The position numbers were made by a program, and so were the translations under genes. Source: an uncultured Alphaproteobacteria bacterium (GTDB lineage: Bacteria; Pseudomonadota; Alphaproteobacteria; RF32; CAG-239). From it: 64,000 nt of DNA. Below the pieces are notes generated by a model. The model ran no database searches. It was not told the origin of the DNA and saw only the letters and a program-made list of their open reading frames with translations. This document shows, in pieces, positions 35,175-45,345 of this stretch. Positions within the stretch are counted from its first letter, which is position 1. Each line of letters starts with the position of its first letter. The stretch is from positions 4,919-68,918 of the forward strand of contig CALXUM010000011.1 of the NCBI GenBank assembly GCA_944391685.1, read 5' to 3'.

Positions 35175-38100
35175 ATGAATAAGGATAATTTAACACATTC
35201 CGAAAAATATATAAAAAAAACCAATCGCATAATTCTTGCGATTGGTATTACTTCTTTTTTTATATTTGTTTTTGGAGTTGTTCTATTAATCAAAAGCAAT
35301 CGTCAAGTTGATGAATATGAAGAGCCTGTTTTCACAGATAATGCAGATGTTCTTAATATGGAAACTCCTAATCTCCTTACCCAAAACATAGAATTTTCAA
35401 CTGTTGAGGAAGAAATTCCACTCACGACAACACCTAATCCGATTCCTATGGGGGAGGTCGTTTTGGGAACTGATGCTAAAAATGTTCTAACTTTAGGTAC
35501 AACAGGTAAAGCCGCAATACGCATAGTTTCTGTTGAATTAGCAGAACCACCGGCAGATGGTTTTAAGTTTGTCAATGGATGCAGTAATAAAATCCTTTCA
35601 GGAGAGGAAACTTGTCACATAACTATGAGTTGGGCACCAATAATTGCGGGAAACGTACAAAATAATTTTATTATAACATGGCACGAGGAAAATCTTGGTC
35701 AAGAAAATGCTAAATCGGCAAAAGTTCCTGTCACCGGTAACGCAGTAACTAAAGAAGATTGCACTATCTGTGAAACAGCCCCCCTGAGTGGAAACATATC
35801 TAAAAGCAAAACGGTTCGTTATGCCATAGGTCCGGATGGTAAAATTATTGGCAGCATAGACGAAGATGGCTATGTAAGAGATTCCAACGGCAATATTATA
35901 GGTCGAGTTAATGAAAATGGTTTAATTGTTGATGATACTGGCAATATTATAGGTGTAGCAGAAAATCGTCAAGCCGTATATGATGAGTTTGGTAATTTAT
36001 TGGGATATGTAAACCCTGATGGTACGGTTGTTGATAAAGATGGCAACACAATAGGTCGGGTTTTGCCGGATGGTACCGTCGTTGATATGAATGGTAAAAT
36101 AATAGGAAAGGCTGTAGATACAGGCTTTGTTTATGATGGAAATGGTAATATCATAGGCAGAGTCTTACCGGATGGTACCGTCGTTGACATGAAAGGAAAT
36201 GTTATAGGTCGAGTTAATGAAAATGGAGAAGTCATAGATTTAAACGGAAAAGTTATAGGAAGAGTTACAAAGCCAGGCAGAGTTGCAGTTAATGAAAACG
36301 GAAATGTCTTAGGTGTTGTTATGCCAGACGGTTCTGTTGTCGACAGCAATGGAAACATAATCGGATATGTTGATAAAAACGGTAATATTACAAATCCGGT
36401 AAAAATAGGTAAATTAGGTAAAGAAGTTCACTTAGCTTACGATAAAGATGGAAATATAATCGGATATGTTGATGAAAACGGTAATGTCGTTGATTTTGAA
36501 GGAAACATTATCGGTAAAATGCAAGAAGATGGTACCATTGTTGATAAAAATGGAAATATTATCGGAAAAGCCGGTGAAATAGTTAATCTAGCTTTTGACG
36601 AACAAGGCAACGTAATTGGATATGTAGGCGCAGACGGTAAAGTTTACGATTCTAATGGAAAAATTATAGGGACGGTAGATTCCAACGGTAACATCATAGG
36701 ATTAGAAGGAAATATTTTAGGCTCTCTTGTTGCAATAAATATGTTGCCGATTACTCCTCAAGGAACTCTATTAGGAATAGTTCAAAATGATGGTTCAATA
36801 GAAAACTCAAACAAACAAATTATTGGCAGAATTTTGCCTAATGGTCTCGTTCGTGAAAATAATGGTTCAAAAATTATTGCCAAAATGGTTAAAGGAGGCT
36901 TTGCTGTAGGGTTCGGTTGTAAACAACTTGGCTACCTAGATAAAGACGGCAAAATAAAGCAAGGAAATGAAGACACAAAGCTTAAAATAACTCCTGAAGG
37001 AGTCGTTATCGATTCGGAAGGAAATTATGTCGGAGAAATTATTAAAACAGGTAAAGTTTTTGATGCTAAATGCCAATATCTTGGAAAAGTTGATAATAAT
37101 GGAATAGTCAAAAATGATTCTGGACGTTATGTAGGTTGTGTCAATCCAGATGGTAGCGTTTTAGATGAAAAAGGCAACTTTATAGGTGCGTTGGGTCGAC
37201 AAGGAGCAGCAGTTGATTTTGATGGTAATTATTTGGGGCAGGTAAATGATAATAACATAGTTATTAGTGATGCAAAACTACCTATAGGATGTGTTGGACT
37301 TTTAGGTGATGTGTATAATAATAATGGAATTTACATAGGAAAAATAGCTGAAAATTTACAAGCATTTGACTTTGACGGAGAGTATATTAATCAAGTTGAT
37401 AATTTTGCAAAAGTAAAAATTTATGGCAAACCATCGGCAACATTAACAACAAACAATTTAGTTGTTGATGAAAATAATAATATTATTGGCAAAGCCTTTA
37501 ATGAAAAATCAGTAATTATAGATTCTTTTGGAAAAGTGATAGGAAATTTGTTTTCTGATGGAAATGTTTATAATTTTAAAGGTGTTTCTCAAGGTAAAAT
37601 TAAAAATGATGGCTCAGGATTTTACGGCAATTCTTTAGGAGTTACAGTTCCACAAGGAGAGGTTATAAACACTAAAGGAGAAATAGTTGGTATATCTTAT
37701 AATGGTAAGGTCATAAGCCGCTATGGAGATAACCTTGGATATGTGGATGCCAAAGGTTATTATTTTAATGCTAAGGGAGAATATCAAGGAGCCATTATAA
37801 GTAAAGGTCCGGCAATAGGATATGATGGTTCATATTTAGGATATGCGGGATCAGATTCTAAGGTTATAAATCTATCTGGACAGCTCTCAGGTTATTCGAC
37901 TCATGATGCAAAAGTTGTTGATACTAAAGGAAATATTATCGGAGAAGTAATTCCTGAAGATATTATGGTTGACATATGGGGTAATTATAAAGGTAGATTA
38001 AACTCCTTAGGAGATGTTTTAAACCTGAAAGGAGAAGCAGTTACAGCCATTTTACCGGGAGGATCAAGTGATAATGGTTTAACAATTCTAAAACACGGAT

Positions 38101-38582
38101 CAGTTATTGATTTTGGCGGTAATATTATAGGGGTTGTTATGCCTAATGGTAATGTAGCTAATTCTTCAAATGTTGCTATAGGCAGAGTTTTATCTGATGG
38201 AAATGTTGTCAATATATCTGGAAAATTAATCGGAGAAGTTGTTGATGGGGACATGGTTATAGGCAATAATGATAAAGTTGTGGGTTATGTAAAATTTGAT
38301 GGCAAAATAATAGGTAAAGATGCTAATATTATAGGCAAAACGCTTTCAAGCGGATTGGCTATAGATTCTAATAATGGTATTTTAGGAAAGATTTATCAAA
38401 TAGGTGCAACTGTTTTAGGAAATGATGGTCAATATAAGGGTCGTCTATCAGCAGATGGTTCAGTAATTGATTCTGGTGGTAAAAATATAGGTTATATAAA
38501 GAGTAACGGGTCATTTGTTGACTTAGATAAAAAAGTTTCTGGCTATGTACTTCAAGAAGTAGCAAAAAACCGGAGAAATTAA
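35175..38582 (+). CDS. bitopic repeat protein (1135 aa) with an Ig-like domain and about 55 tandem 17-residue DG/IIG repeats
   Basis: ORF 35142..38582. The ATG at 35175 lies after the virB9 stop. It has an N-terminal TM segment (IILAIGITSFFIFVFGVVLLI). An ASH/choice-of-anchor-D-like segment follows (VVLGTDAKNVLTLGTTGKAAIRIVSVEL...CSNKILSGEETCHITMSWAP). Degenerate repeats such as LPDGTVVDMNGKIIGKA, VDTGFVYDGNGNIIGRV and LPDGTVVDMKGNVIGRV then run from about 35815 to 38550. Confidence 0.8.
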   Translation: MNKDNLTHSEKYIKKTNRIILAIGITSFFIFVFGVVLLIKSNRQVDEYEEPVFTDNADVLNMETPNLLTQNIEFSTVEEEIPLTTTPNPIPMGEVVLGTDAKNVLTLGTTGKAAIRIVSVELAEPPADGFKFVNGCSNKILSGEETCHITMSWAPIIAGNVQNNFIITWHEENLGQENAKSAKVPVTGNAVTKEDCTICETAPLSGNISKSKTVRYAIGPDGKIIGSIDEDGYVRDSNGNIIGRVNENGLIVDDTGNIIGVAENRQAVYDEFGNLLGYVNPDGTVVDKDGNTIGRVLPDGTVVDMNGKIIGKAVDTGFVYDGNGNIIGRVLPDGTVVDMKGNVIGRVNENGEVIDLNGKVIGRVTKPGRVAVNENGNVLGVVMPDGSVVDSNGNIIGYVDKNGNITNPVKIGKLGKEVHLAYDKDGNIIGYVDENGNVVDFEGNIIGKMQEDGTIVDKNGNIIGKAGEIVNLAFDEQGNVIGYVGADGKVYDSNGKIIGTVDSNGNIIGLEGNILGSLVAINMLPITPQGTLLGIVQNDGSIENSNKQIIGRILPNGLVRENNGSKIIAKMVKGGFAVGFGCKQLGYLDKDGKIKQGNEDTKLKITPEGVVIDSEGNYVGEIIKTGKVFDAKCQYLGKVDNNGIVKNDSGRYVGCVNPDGSVLDEKGNFIGALGRQGAAVDFDGNYLGQVNDNNIVISDAKLPIGCVGLLGDVYNNNGIYIGKIAENLQAFDFDGEYINQVDNFAKVKIYGKPSATLTTNNLVVDENNNIIGKAFNEKSVIIDSFGKVIGNLFSDGNVYNFKGVSQGKIKNDGSGFYGNSLGVTVPQGEVINTKGEIVGISYNGKVISRYGDNLGYVDAKGYYFNAKGEYQGAIISKGPAIGYDGSYLGYAGSDSKVINLSGQLSGYSTHDAKVVDTKGNIIGEVIPEDIMVDIWGNYKGRLNSLGDVLNLKGEAVTAILPGGSSDNGLTILKHGSVIDFGGNIIGVVMPNGNVANSSNVAIGRVLSDGNVVNISGKLIGEVVDGDMVIGNNDKVVGYVKFDGKIIGKDANIIGKTLSSGLAIDSNNGILGKIYQIGATVLGNDGQYKGRLSADGSVIDSGGKNIGYIKSNGSFVDLDKKVSGYVLQEVAKNRRN

Positions 38583-38583
38583 T

Positions 38584-41500
38584 ATGCAAATAGCAGCATT
38601 TTTAAATAATTTAAAAATCTTGGTACAAAAAGTTGTTCCGTTAGTTTTTTGTTTTATGCTACTAAATATTTCTAATTCATTATCTCAAGAAATAACGGCC
38701 GTAGATTTTAATGGAGATTTGTTAGGAAAAGTTATTCCAGATGGTAAAGTAGTAAGCTTTAATAATCAACTCATAGGAAATGTTACTGCAGATAGCTTAA
38801 TAATAAATTTTGAAGGCAAATTAATTGGAGGTGTTATTCCACAAGGTGTGGCAATAGGCAACGATCTCCGTTTTTTAGGAAAAGTAAGCAGCGATGGTTC
38901 TGTTCGTTTGCCGTCAGGGCAAATTGTAGGAAAAGTTTTGCCTAGTGGTTTAGTTGTTAACGATTATTTCGATATTATAGGAGCGGTTGTCTTTCCAGGG
39001 TTGGTTTATTCTGATGATGGTAAAACAATAGGTCGTGTAAGCGGAGATGGCTTATATGTAAATTTGCAAGGCCAACAAATAGGAATAATAACCCCAGATG
39101 GTTACGCATATCGTCGTGTTGGTAATGATTATGTACTGGAAGGGCAGCTTATATCATCTAAAATGGTCGTTTCTCCGACAGGAGAATTTGTAGGTAGTGT
39201 CGTTCCAGGAGGAAATGTTTCTGACTTTAATTCTGAAATAATTGGCTATATTCATGCAAATGGATATGCGTATAATGAACAAAACCAAGTTATAGGTCAT
39301 ATTGTAAGGACAGGATATGCTTTTGATGATAATGGTTATTATTTGGGCTTTGTAAGTTACAATGGAGAAGTAATAAAAGGAGAAAAATTAGTTGGTAAAT
39401 TACGTGCTGATGGGCTGATTTCAGATTCTGAAAATAAAATAATTGGCTTTAAAATAGATATTAATGCTACGGCAACAAACCTATCCGGAAATTATTTAGG
39501 TCGAATTATGCCGGAAGGAAATTTGGCAAAGTCTAAAAATATAACATCGTTTGTTGGAGCCAGAGGAGTCGTTTTGGGGTCAAACGGAATGCCCGTTGGC
39601 CAAATATCTAGTACGGGACCTGTTTTTGATTATAAAGGATCTTTAATCGGACATGCTATGCCAGGAGGAAGCGTTGTTTCCCTAAAAGGGTCGTCAATAG
39701 GATATATGATAAATGAAGATGCATTTGATACTTCCGGTAAATTATTGGGATCCGTTTTGAAAGATCGTTTAATTTTTTCAGAAAATAGTACCTTTTCAGG
39801 TGTTAGTGGAATTAATAGCTATTTGGGAGAAGGAGATAATAAAACAATTATTTCTCCTTATGGCTATGTTTTTAATCAAAGCGGAAATCTAATTGGTAAT
39901 AATTTAATTATGTCGCCTTTATACATGGCTAACGGTATAGTTTCATCATATATGAACTTTAATGGTCTTGCTACAAACTCTATTGGTTCTGATGTTGGAA
40001 GAATTGTTTCTGGAGGTTGGGTCTTAGATGATCAAAATAAGCTTAGCTCTAAAAATAATAATTCATTTTATACTATAGGATATAAAGAAAAAGACCTTGG
40101 AATGTTAACCCAAAATAACCTGCTTTTAAGTACAAGCTTAAACATAGTGGGTAAAATACTTCCAGACAACTCTGTTGTTGAATCTTCTAAGGCAGGAACA
40201 GTTAATTATATGCCTGTTATAGGTTATGCGTATTCACAAAAAATTGCACTTGATTTTAAGGGGCAACAACTTGGATATGTTAATATTTTAGGAAATGTTA
40301 ATAACTTTAACAGTTCTCAAATAGGTAAAGTTGTTGAAAGGGGGCTTGTCGTTGATAATAATAATATTTTGATAGGCTTTGTTCAGGGATACCAAAGTGT
40401 TGTTAATGAAAATTGTGAATTTTTAGGAGTTATGACCCCAAGAGGTGATGTACAAAACTTTAGAGGGGTATATATTGGAAATATGTTATCAAATTCGCAG
40501 ACAATAGATGGTAATGGTCAACAGATAGGTTTTGCTCCAGCTAAAAATCCAATTGTTGATGATAGTGGCAAAATAATCGGTTTTCCTGATTCTACAGGTA
40601 GAGTTTGGGATTTTGAAAACAAATCTATAGGATGTTTAAACAAAAGAGGATATTTGTTTAATGCAGATGGTTTTTTAATTGGTAAAAGTTTAGATTATGA
40701 AACCGTAATCGACTTTAGCGGTAATATTATTGGCAGATCAGTTTTAGATGGTAGTATTATAGATAAAAATGAAAGAATAATAGGTTATCAACAAACAAAT
40801 GGCAATGTAAATAACCTTGAAGGCTTGCCTATAGGGATGATTTTTAAATATAAAATAGCCTTTAATTTAGATAATAAATTTATAGGTCGGGTTTTGCCAG
40901 ACGGTTCAGTTGTCGATTCAAATAATTCAAAATTAGGAAAAGTTAATTTTGAAGGATATGTAATTTCTGATAATCAAAAAATTGGGTATGCTCTCTATGA
41001 TTCTTATGTTTATAATGAAAAAGGAGATGTAATAGGTGTTATTGGCCGTAACGGAGAAGTCGTTGATTTCAAAAACCAAAATATCGGTCATATAGAAAGA
41101 GGATTCTTGGTCGATGCTTCTCAAAATATGGTAGGAAGAGGAAACAGAGATTATAATATAAGAGAATCTTCTAAGCTCGTTTTGGGAGAGCTTAATTTTA
41201 AGGGAGATGTGGTTAACTCTTTACAACTTGTTGTTGGCAAAATTTCATCTGCTGGAGAAATAATAAATAAAAATAAAGAAAAAATAGCTCAAGCATATCC
41301 TTTACAGTATTATAGTAAAGTTGCCAAAACGTTCGAACGTAAAATGATATTTGATAAAGATGGTAAATTTATAGGTTATTTAGATGAAAATGGTAATATA
41401 GTAGATAAAGACGGAAATGTTATAGCAACTGAAGACAATGAAGGAAATGCCGTTGATAAAGAAGGAAATATTATCGGTAGCAAAATTAATAATCGTCCTG

Positions 41501-43149
41501 TCTATGATAAAAACGGTAATGTTATAGGTCTTGCCAATGAAGAAGGAAATGTTATTGACGCCAATGGTAAAACAATCGGAAAAATAAATCAAAATGGTGA
41601 TGCCATAGATGCAAGTGGCAATATAATTGGAGGAATAAACTCTAATTGGTATGAAAAGACTCCTCAGCCTCCAACACTAACAAAAAAAGATGATGATATA
41701 AATCCGGCTTTAAAACTGCTAGAAAGTTCCCAACATAAAAAATCATTAGGCATAGCGTTAACTCCTGATGGAGAATATTTGGGAGAAATATTAGAAGACG
41801 GATCAGTTGTTAATAAAGAGGGAAAAGTCGTTGGCCGTCGTATGCCTGATGGTTTGGTTATAGATGATGATGGAACTTTGATTGGAATCGAAGAAATAAA
41901 ACGTTCAGAGGGCGAGGGAAGTGGTATTTTTGTTCCTCCAGGAACTTTTGGTCAGGGAGGCGCTTATGGAACCGGAGAGGGCTCTCCCGGAAATCTTGGC
42001 CCTGGAGGGGGTTATGGTCCAGGAGAAAGATATGATCCAATTCGCCAAGCAGCTTTAAATACAGCAATGAATGAGCGTAGAAAAAATATTGCTGTAGGGA
42101 AAATAAGTAGCGGTATACGTAAAGAAGCATTCGATGGAATGCAAAAAGATTGGTCAGAACAGGGTATTCCAAAGATAGTTTCTTCTTGGCGAGTTGATTT
42201 AAGCGAAATGATATTTGCAGATAAACCCATACCTGCAGTAATTTCTCGTGCTATAGATAGCAATAATCCGGCTCCGATAACAGCTTTTGTTGAAAGAAAT
42301 GTTTATGCGGAAGAAGGACGTAATGTTATTATTCCAGCGGGAAGTCGCTTGGTCGGAACATTAGGTAGTGTTACGGCAACTACAGAAGCAACATCAGAAT
42401 CAGCGCGTGTTCAAATATCATGGGAAAGGCTTATTCGTCCTGATGGTTCTCTTTTTGTTTTACAGGGATTAACAGCCGATGCTCAAGGTAGAGGAGGTGC
42501 GTTAGGCTATGTCGATCAACAATTATTTAAAAAATATACCCTTCCCGTTATGACCACTAGCTTAACTAGTGCTACTTCATATTTTATGGCTCCAAACAGC
42601 GAAAGTAGTACTGAAAATGAAACACCTCGTCAGCAGGCTGCTAATGATGCTAGACAAAACTTCTTAAATGAAATGAACCAAGTTTTTGATGAGATTTTAG
42701 CAGATAAATCAAATATCCGTCCTATGACATATATTCCTGCAGGAACAAGAATTATTGTTTTTCCTAATGCTGATTTGTGGTTAAGAACAGTGGAAAGAGA
42801 TCAGGAATCTTCTGTGTTATTAGAAAAACCAAAAGTTTTTCTTGATGATGGGGAAGAAACAGCTAAAAGAGAAACTCGTCAAAGAGAAAGCAAGCAAAAA
42901 GTTGTTTCAAGTGCTGAAACAGGAGGAGATGTTGTTTATGATCCTGATACCGGAGATGTCGATAGTGCTAATAATAAACCGATTCCACTAATTTCATCAT
43001 CAGATGTTAAAAATAAAAATTCTAAATCATCAAGCCCCAGTCTGGTTCCTCCCCCGCCTCCTCCCAGCTCAGCAGTAAACAGCTCTTCAATAGCTAATAC
43101 AGGAGGAGGCGGAGCAACAACAAATAACGGCGTTCCGGCATTGTTCTGA
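38584..43149 (+). CDS. virB10: VirB10 with an N-terminal repeat expansion of about 1000 aa
   Basis: The ATG lies 1 nt after the upstream stop (TAAtATG). It has an N-terminal signal anchor. The same 17-residue repeats run from about nt 38700 to 41640, followed by a Gly/Pro-rich linker. The canonical VirB10/TrbI C-terminal domain is at about nt 42170-42785 (IIPAGSRLVGTLGSV, VQISWERLIRPDGSLFVLQGLTADAQGRGGALGYVDQQ, YIPAGTRIIVFPNADLW). A Pro-rich tail (PPPPPPS) ends the protein. Confidence 0.85.
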   Translation: MQIAAFLNNLKILVQKVVPLVFCFMLLNISNSLSQEITAVDFNGDLLGKVIPDGKVVSFNNQLIGNVTADSLIINFEGKLIGGVIPQGVAIGNDLRFLGKVSSDGSVRLPSGQIVGKVLPSGLVVNDYFDIIGAVVFPGLVYSDDGKTIGRVSGDGLYVNLQGQQIGIITPDGYAYRRVGNDYVLEGQLISSKMVVSPTGEFVGSVVPGGNVSDFNSEIIGYIHANGYAYNEQNQVIGHIVRTGYAFDDNGYYLGFVSYNGEVIKGEKLVGKLRADGLISDSENKIIGFKIDINATATNLSGNYLGRIMPEGNLAKSKNITSFVGARGVVLGSNGMPVGQISSTGPVFDYKGSLIGHAMPGGSVVSLKGSSIGYMINEDAFDTSGKLLGSVLKDRLIFSENSTFSGVSGINSYLGEGDNKTIISPYGYVFNQSGNLIGNNLIMSPLYMANGIVSSYMNFNGLATNSIGSDVGRIVSGGWVLDDQNKLSSKNNNSFYTIGYKEKDLGMLTQNNLLLSTSLNIVGKILPDNSVVESSKAGTVNYMPVIGYAYSQKIALDFKGQQLGYVNILGNVNNFNSSQIGKVVERGLVVDNNNILIGFVQGYQSVVNENCEFLGVMTPRGDVQNFRGVYIGNMLSNSQTIDGNGQQIGFAPAKNPIVDDSGKIIGFPDSTGRVWDFENKSIGCLNKRGYLFNADGFLIGKSLDYETVIDFSGNIIGRSVLDGSIIDKNERIIGYQQTNGNVNNLEGLPIGMIFKYKIAFNLDNKFIGRVLPDGSVVDSNNSKLGKVNFEGYVISDNQKIGYALYDSYVYNEKGDVIGVIGRNGEVVDFKNQNIGHIERGFLVDASQNMVGRGNRDYNIRESSKLVLGELNFKGDVVNSLQLVVGKISSAGEIINKNKEKIAQAYPLQYYSKVAKTFERKMIFDKDGKFIGYLDENGNIVDKDGNVIATEDNEGNAVDKEGNIIGSKINNRPVYDKNGNVIGLANEEGNVIDANGKTIGKINQNGDAIDASGNIIGGINSNWYEKTPQPPTLTKKDDDINPALKLLESSQHKKSLGIALTPDGEYLGEILEDGSVVNKEGKVVGRRMPDGLVIDDDGTLIGIEEIKRSEGEGSGIFVPPGTFGQGGAYGTGEGSPGNLGPGGGYGPGERYDPIRQAALNTAMNERRKNIAVGKISSGIRKEAFDGMQKDWSEQGIPKIVSSWRVDLSEMIFADKPIPAVISRAIDSNNPAPITAFVERNVYAEEGRNVIIPAGSRLVGTLGSVTATTEATSESARVQISWERLIRPDGSLFVLQGLTADAQGRGGALGYVDQQLFKKYTLPVMTTSLTSATSYFMAPNSESSTENETPRQQAANDARQNFLNEMNQVFDEILADKSNIRPMTYIPAGTRIIVFPNADLWLRTVERDQESSVLLEKPKVFLDDGEETAKRETRQRESKQKVVSSAETGGDVVYDPDTGDVDSANNKPIPLISSSDVKNKNSKSSSPSLVPPPPPPSSAVNSSSIANTGGGGATTNNGVPALF

Positions 43150-43160
43150 TAGGAGTTAAA

Positions 43161-44129
43161 ATGAGTTTTACAGTCTTGGAATCAATTTTGCGTCCTTTAT
43201 CTTATTGGTATAATCAAGATAATATAGAAGAAGTTGCAATAAATCGCTCAGGTCAGGTTTGGCTTCGTTTGCGAGGTAAAAGAGCATATCCCTGGGTTAT
43301 GTATAAAGATGAAAAACTTACCAAACAATATTTAACAGATTTGTTATATATTATAGCAAATACTTATGAACTTCCATTTGACCCTATTCAGGGCAATCCT
43401 GTGGTTTATGCAACAATACCCGGAGAACATCGCTTTTCTGCCATTTGTGGTCGTAATGTAATGTATGATAATGATGACTTGACGGGGGGTATTGCTTTAA
43501 CAATTCGTGTCCATGCCGATGATGTGGCTTTTGGATTGGGGGACTATGGCTTAACTCAAGGTAGTGGTCTTCATAAAATTAACCCTCTAAAACAAATAAA
43601 AGATCCAGAAGACCCATATGAAAGATTACTTTTAAGCATTAAAAGAGGTGATCATATTTTGGTATCTGGAGCCACGTCAACTGGAAAGACAACATTTCTT
43701 AATAACTTGCTTAAAATATTAGATATTAATAAACGCATTTTAACAATAGAAGATACCAGAGAATTAATAGTCCCACATCCTAATCGTGTGCATATAGTGT
43801 TGTCTCGTACGGAACAAACTAATGCCTTAACATATGCCAAAGTAATAGATTTAGTTGTCCGTTTTACCCCTGATGCCATTATTGGAGGAGAAATATCAAC
43901 AGGTAATGCTGGAGCGATTTGGGAATTGATGGGGTCAGGTCATGATAACTGCTTAGCAACTATTCATGCAGAAAGCTCTGAAGCTGCATATCAAGCATTT
44001 ACTGATCGTATTTTACATACATATCCTACAATTGATCGTAAAAAAACTATAGAAGAAATGCGACAAAAGTTACGAGTTGTTCAAATCAACCGAGACGGTA
44101 ACCTTAGAGCCGTAACAGAAGTTACTTAG
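43161..44129 (+). CDS. virB11: VirB11 T4SS ATPase
   Basis: Motifs seen: Walker A VSGATSTGKTTFL, Asp box LTIEDTRELIV, Walker B-like DAIIGGEIS and His box GHDNCLATIHAES. Confidence 0.9.
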   Translation: MSFTVLESILRPLSYWYNQDNIEEVAINRSGQVWLRLRGKRAYPWVMYKDEKLTKQYLTDLLYIIANTYELPFDPIQGNPVVYATIPGEHRFSAICGRNVMYDNDDLTGGIALTIRVHADDVAFGLGDYGLTQGSGLHKINPLKQIKDPEDPYERLLLSIKRGDHILVSGATSTGKTTFLNNLLKILDINKRILTIEDTRELIVPHPNRVHIVLSRTEQTNALTYAKVIDLVVRFTPDAIIGGEISTGNAGAIWELMGSGHDNCLATIHAESSEAAYQAFTDRILHTYPTIDRKKTIEEMRQKLRVVQINRDGNLRAVTEVT

Positions 44130-44429
44130 TTCCGGATTATTAAATTCAGAACTTTGTGGAGCTATTTTTCCATAGCCATCCAATAAATTTATGTATGTTA
44201 TAAAAGAAAAACGCTGATCACTATTTTCCATCATTTTAAGTTGTAATAAATTAATCCCTAGTTCATCAGCAGCCTGTTTAATGTCGAGTCTCCTCCTTTC
44301 TCTTTCCAACAATAATTCTCTGCCCAAAAAAGCATAAACAACATCGGCAAACAAACGAGGGTTTTCTTTATATGCTAAAAGTAATTCTCCAAAACGAGGA
44401 GTATTAATTTGAGCTAAGTAATCAACCAT
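44070..44429 (-). CDS. small XRE-like helix-turn-helix protein
   Basis: ORF 44070..44474. ATG 44429 is preceded by GGAGA. The HTH-like segment is RRRLDIKQAADELGINLLQLKMMENSD. Its 3' end overlaps the virB11 3' end by 60 nt in a convergent arrangement. Confidence 0.4.
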   Translation of the reverse strand: MVDYLAQINTPRFGELLLAYKENPRLFADVVYAFLGRELLLERERRRLDIKQAADELGINLLQLKMMENSDQRFSFITYINLLDGYGKIAPQSSEFNNPELSNFCYGSKVTVSVDLNNS

Positions 44430-44563
44430 ATTATTCTCCAAATCAAATGTATTTTTTATGTTTAAACACAACAAAAAACAAATTGTTTATATAATATATT
44501 ATAACAATTTAAAAAAAACAACCAAAAACTGCACGTAAAATAATAAACAGCCTAAAATAGAAT

Positions 44564-45319
44564 TTAAATTGGAGGAATGTTTAATTGAACAATATTTCCA
44601 GGTCTAATTTTTGTATTTGAATATCGCATATTCCCAGTTTCAATAACAAATCGCTGCCTTCCTGTAAGTTGTGATGCTAAATCATAAAAATCTCTGGCAT
44701 TTAACTCTTGTCGTTGAGGATTCATGATATATAAAACACATCCCTGAGTTCTTTCTGCAACACCACATCTGGCTCTACCTCTGGGAACTTCTGGATTTAC
44801 AACTACCCCTTGCAAGCCGTTACGCACAACTTTTTCTTCGGAAAATAAAAATCTTCCGGCTAAAATTCCAACAAAGAACAAAACTACACCCAATAAAATA
44901 AGAATTTTCTTGGTTAAATAAGGGGGAAAATCATCTCTGCTTCCGAAAGAATAATTTCCAGTAATCAAATCTTCTTCCTCAAGAAATTTAGGTGTGTTAG
45001 AATTATCAAAATTTTCAGGAATATTATTTTGAGCAGGTAATTTTGCATTATCATCAAGATAAGCATCTAAATCAAAAGCATTGATAGTTGGCGGCAAATT
45101 ATTATTTTCAATTGTCTCTTTTAATTCTTCATGTTGAAAAGGTTCAATATTTAAGTTTTTATCAGTGTCAAATTTATTCTGTTCAAAAGAATCTTGCGTT
45201 TCATTAAGAGGAAAATTATGAGGTTTTTGAGGCATTATACGATTAATTGGCCTCTTAACCTTTTTTAATTGAGGCTTTTTGATGTTTTGTTGATTTGCAG
45301 GACCCGTGTTGTTATCCAT
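44564..45319 (-). CDS. single-pass membrane protein of unknown function
   Basis: AGGAGG lies upstream of the ATG. The N-terminus is disordered and Asn/Pro/Gln-rich. It has one TM segment (ILILLGVVLFFVGILAGRFLF) and a C-terminal globular domain of about 90 aa. It is coupled to the upstream lipoprotein gene. Confidence 0.4.
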   Translation of the reverse strand: MDNNTGPANQQNIKKPQLKKVKRPINRIMPQKPHNFPLNETQDSFEQNKFDTDKNLNIEPFQHEELKETIENNNLPPTINAFDLDAYLDDNAKLPAQNNIPENFDNSNTPKFLEEEDLITGNYSFGSRDDFPPYLTKKILILLGVVLFFVGILAGRFLFSEEKVVRNGLQGVVVNPEVPRGRARCGVAERTQGCVLYIMNPQRQELNARDFYDLASQLTGRQRFVIETGNMRYSNTKIRPGNIVQLNIPPI

Positions 45320-45345
45320 AAAAATTTATCCTCCTAAACGAAAGC

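Noticed and set aside
35815-41640. Possibility that the periodic sequence is a CRISPR array or a non-coding satellite
   Set aside because: The repeats are degenerate at the DNA level, have a 51-nt period in a single open frame and are conserved only at the amino-acid level. There is no spacer and repeat structure.
35175-43149. Rhs/YD-repeat toxin interpretation of the DG/IIG repeat proteins
   Set aside because: The period is 17 residues rather than about 20, and there is no Rhs core or cleavage motif and no C-terminal toxin domain. The second protein ends in a canonical VirB10 domain, and both proteins sit inside the virB operon.
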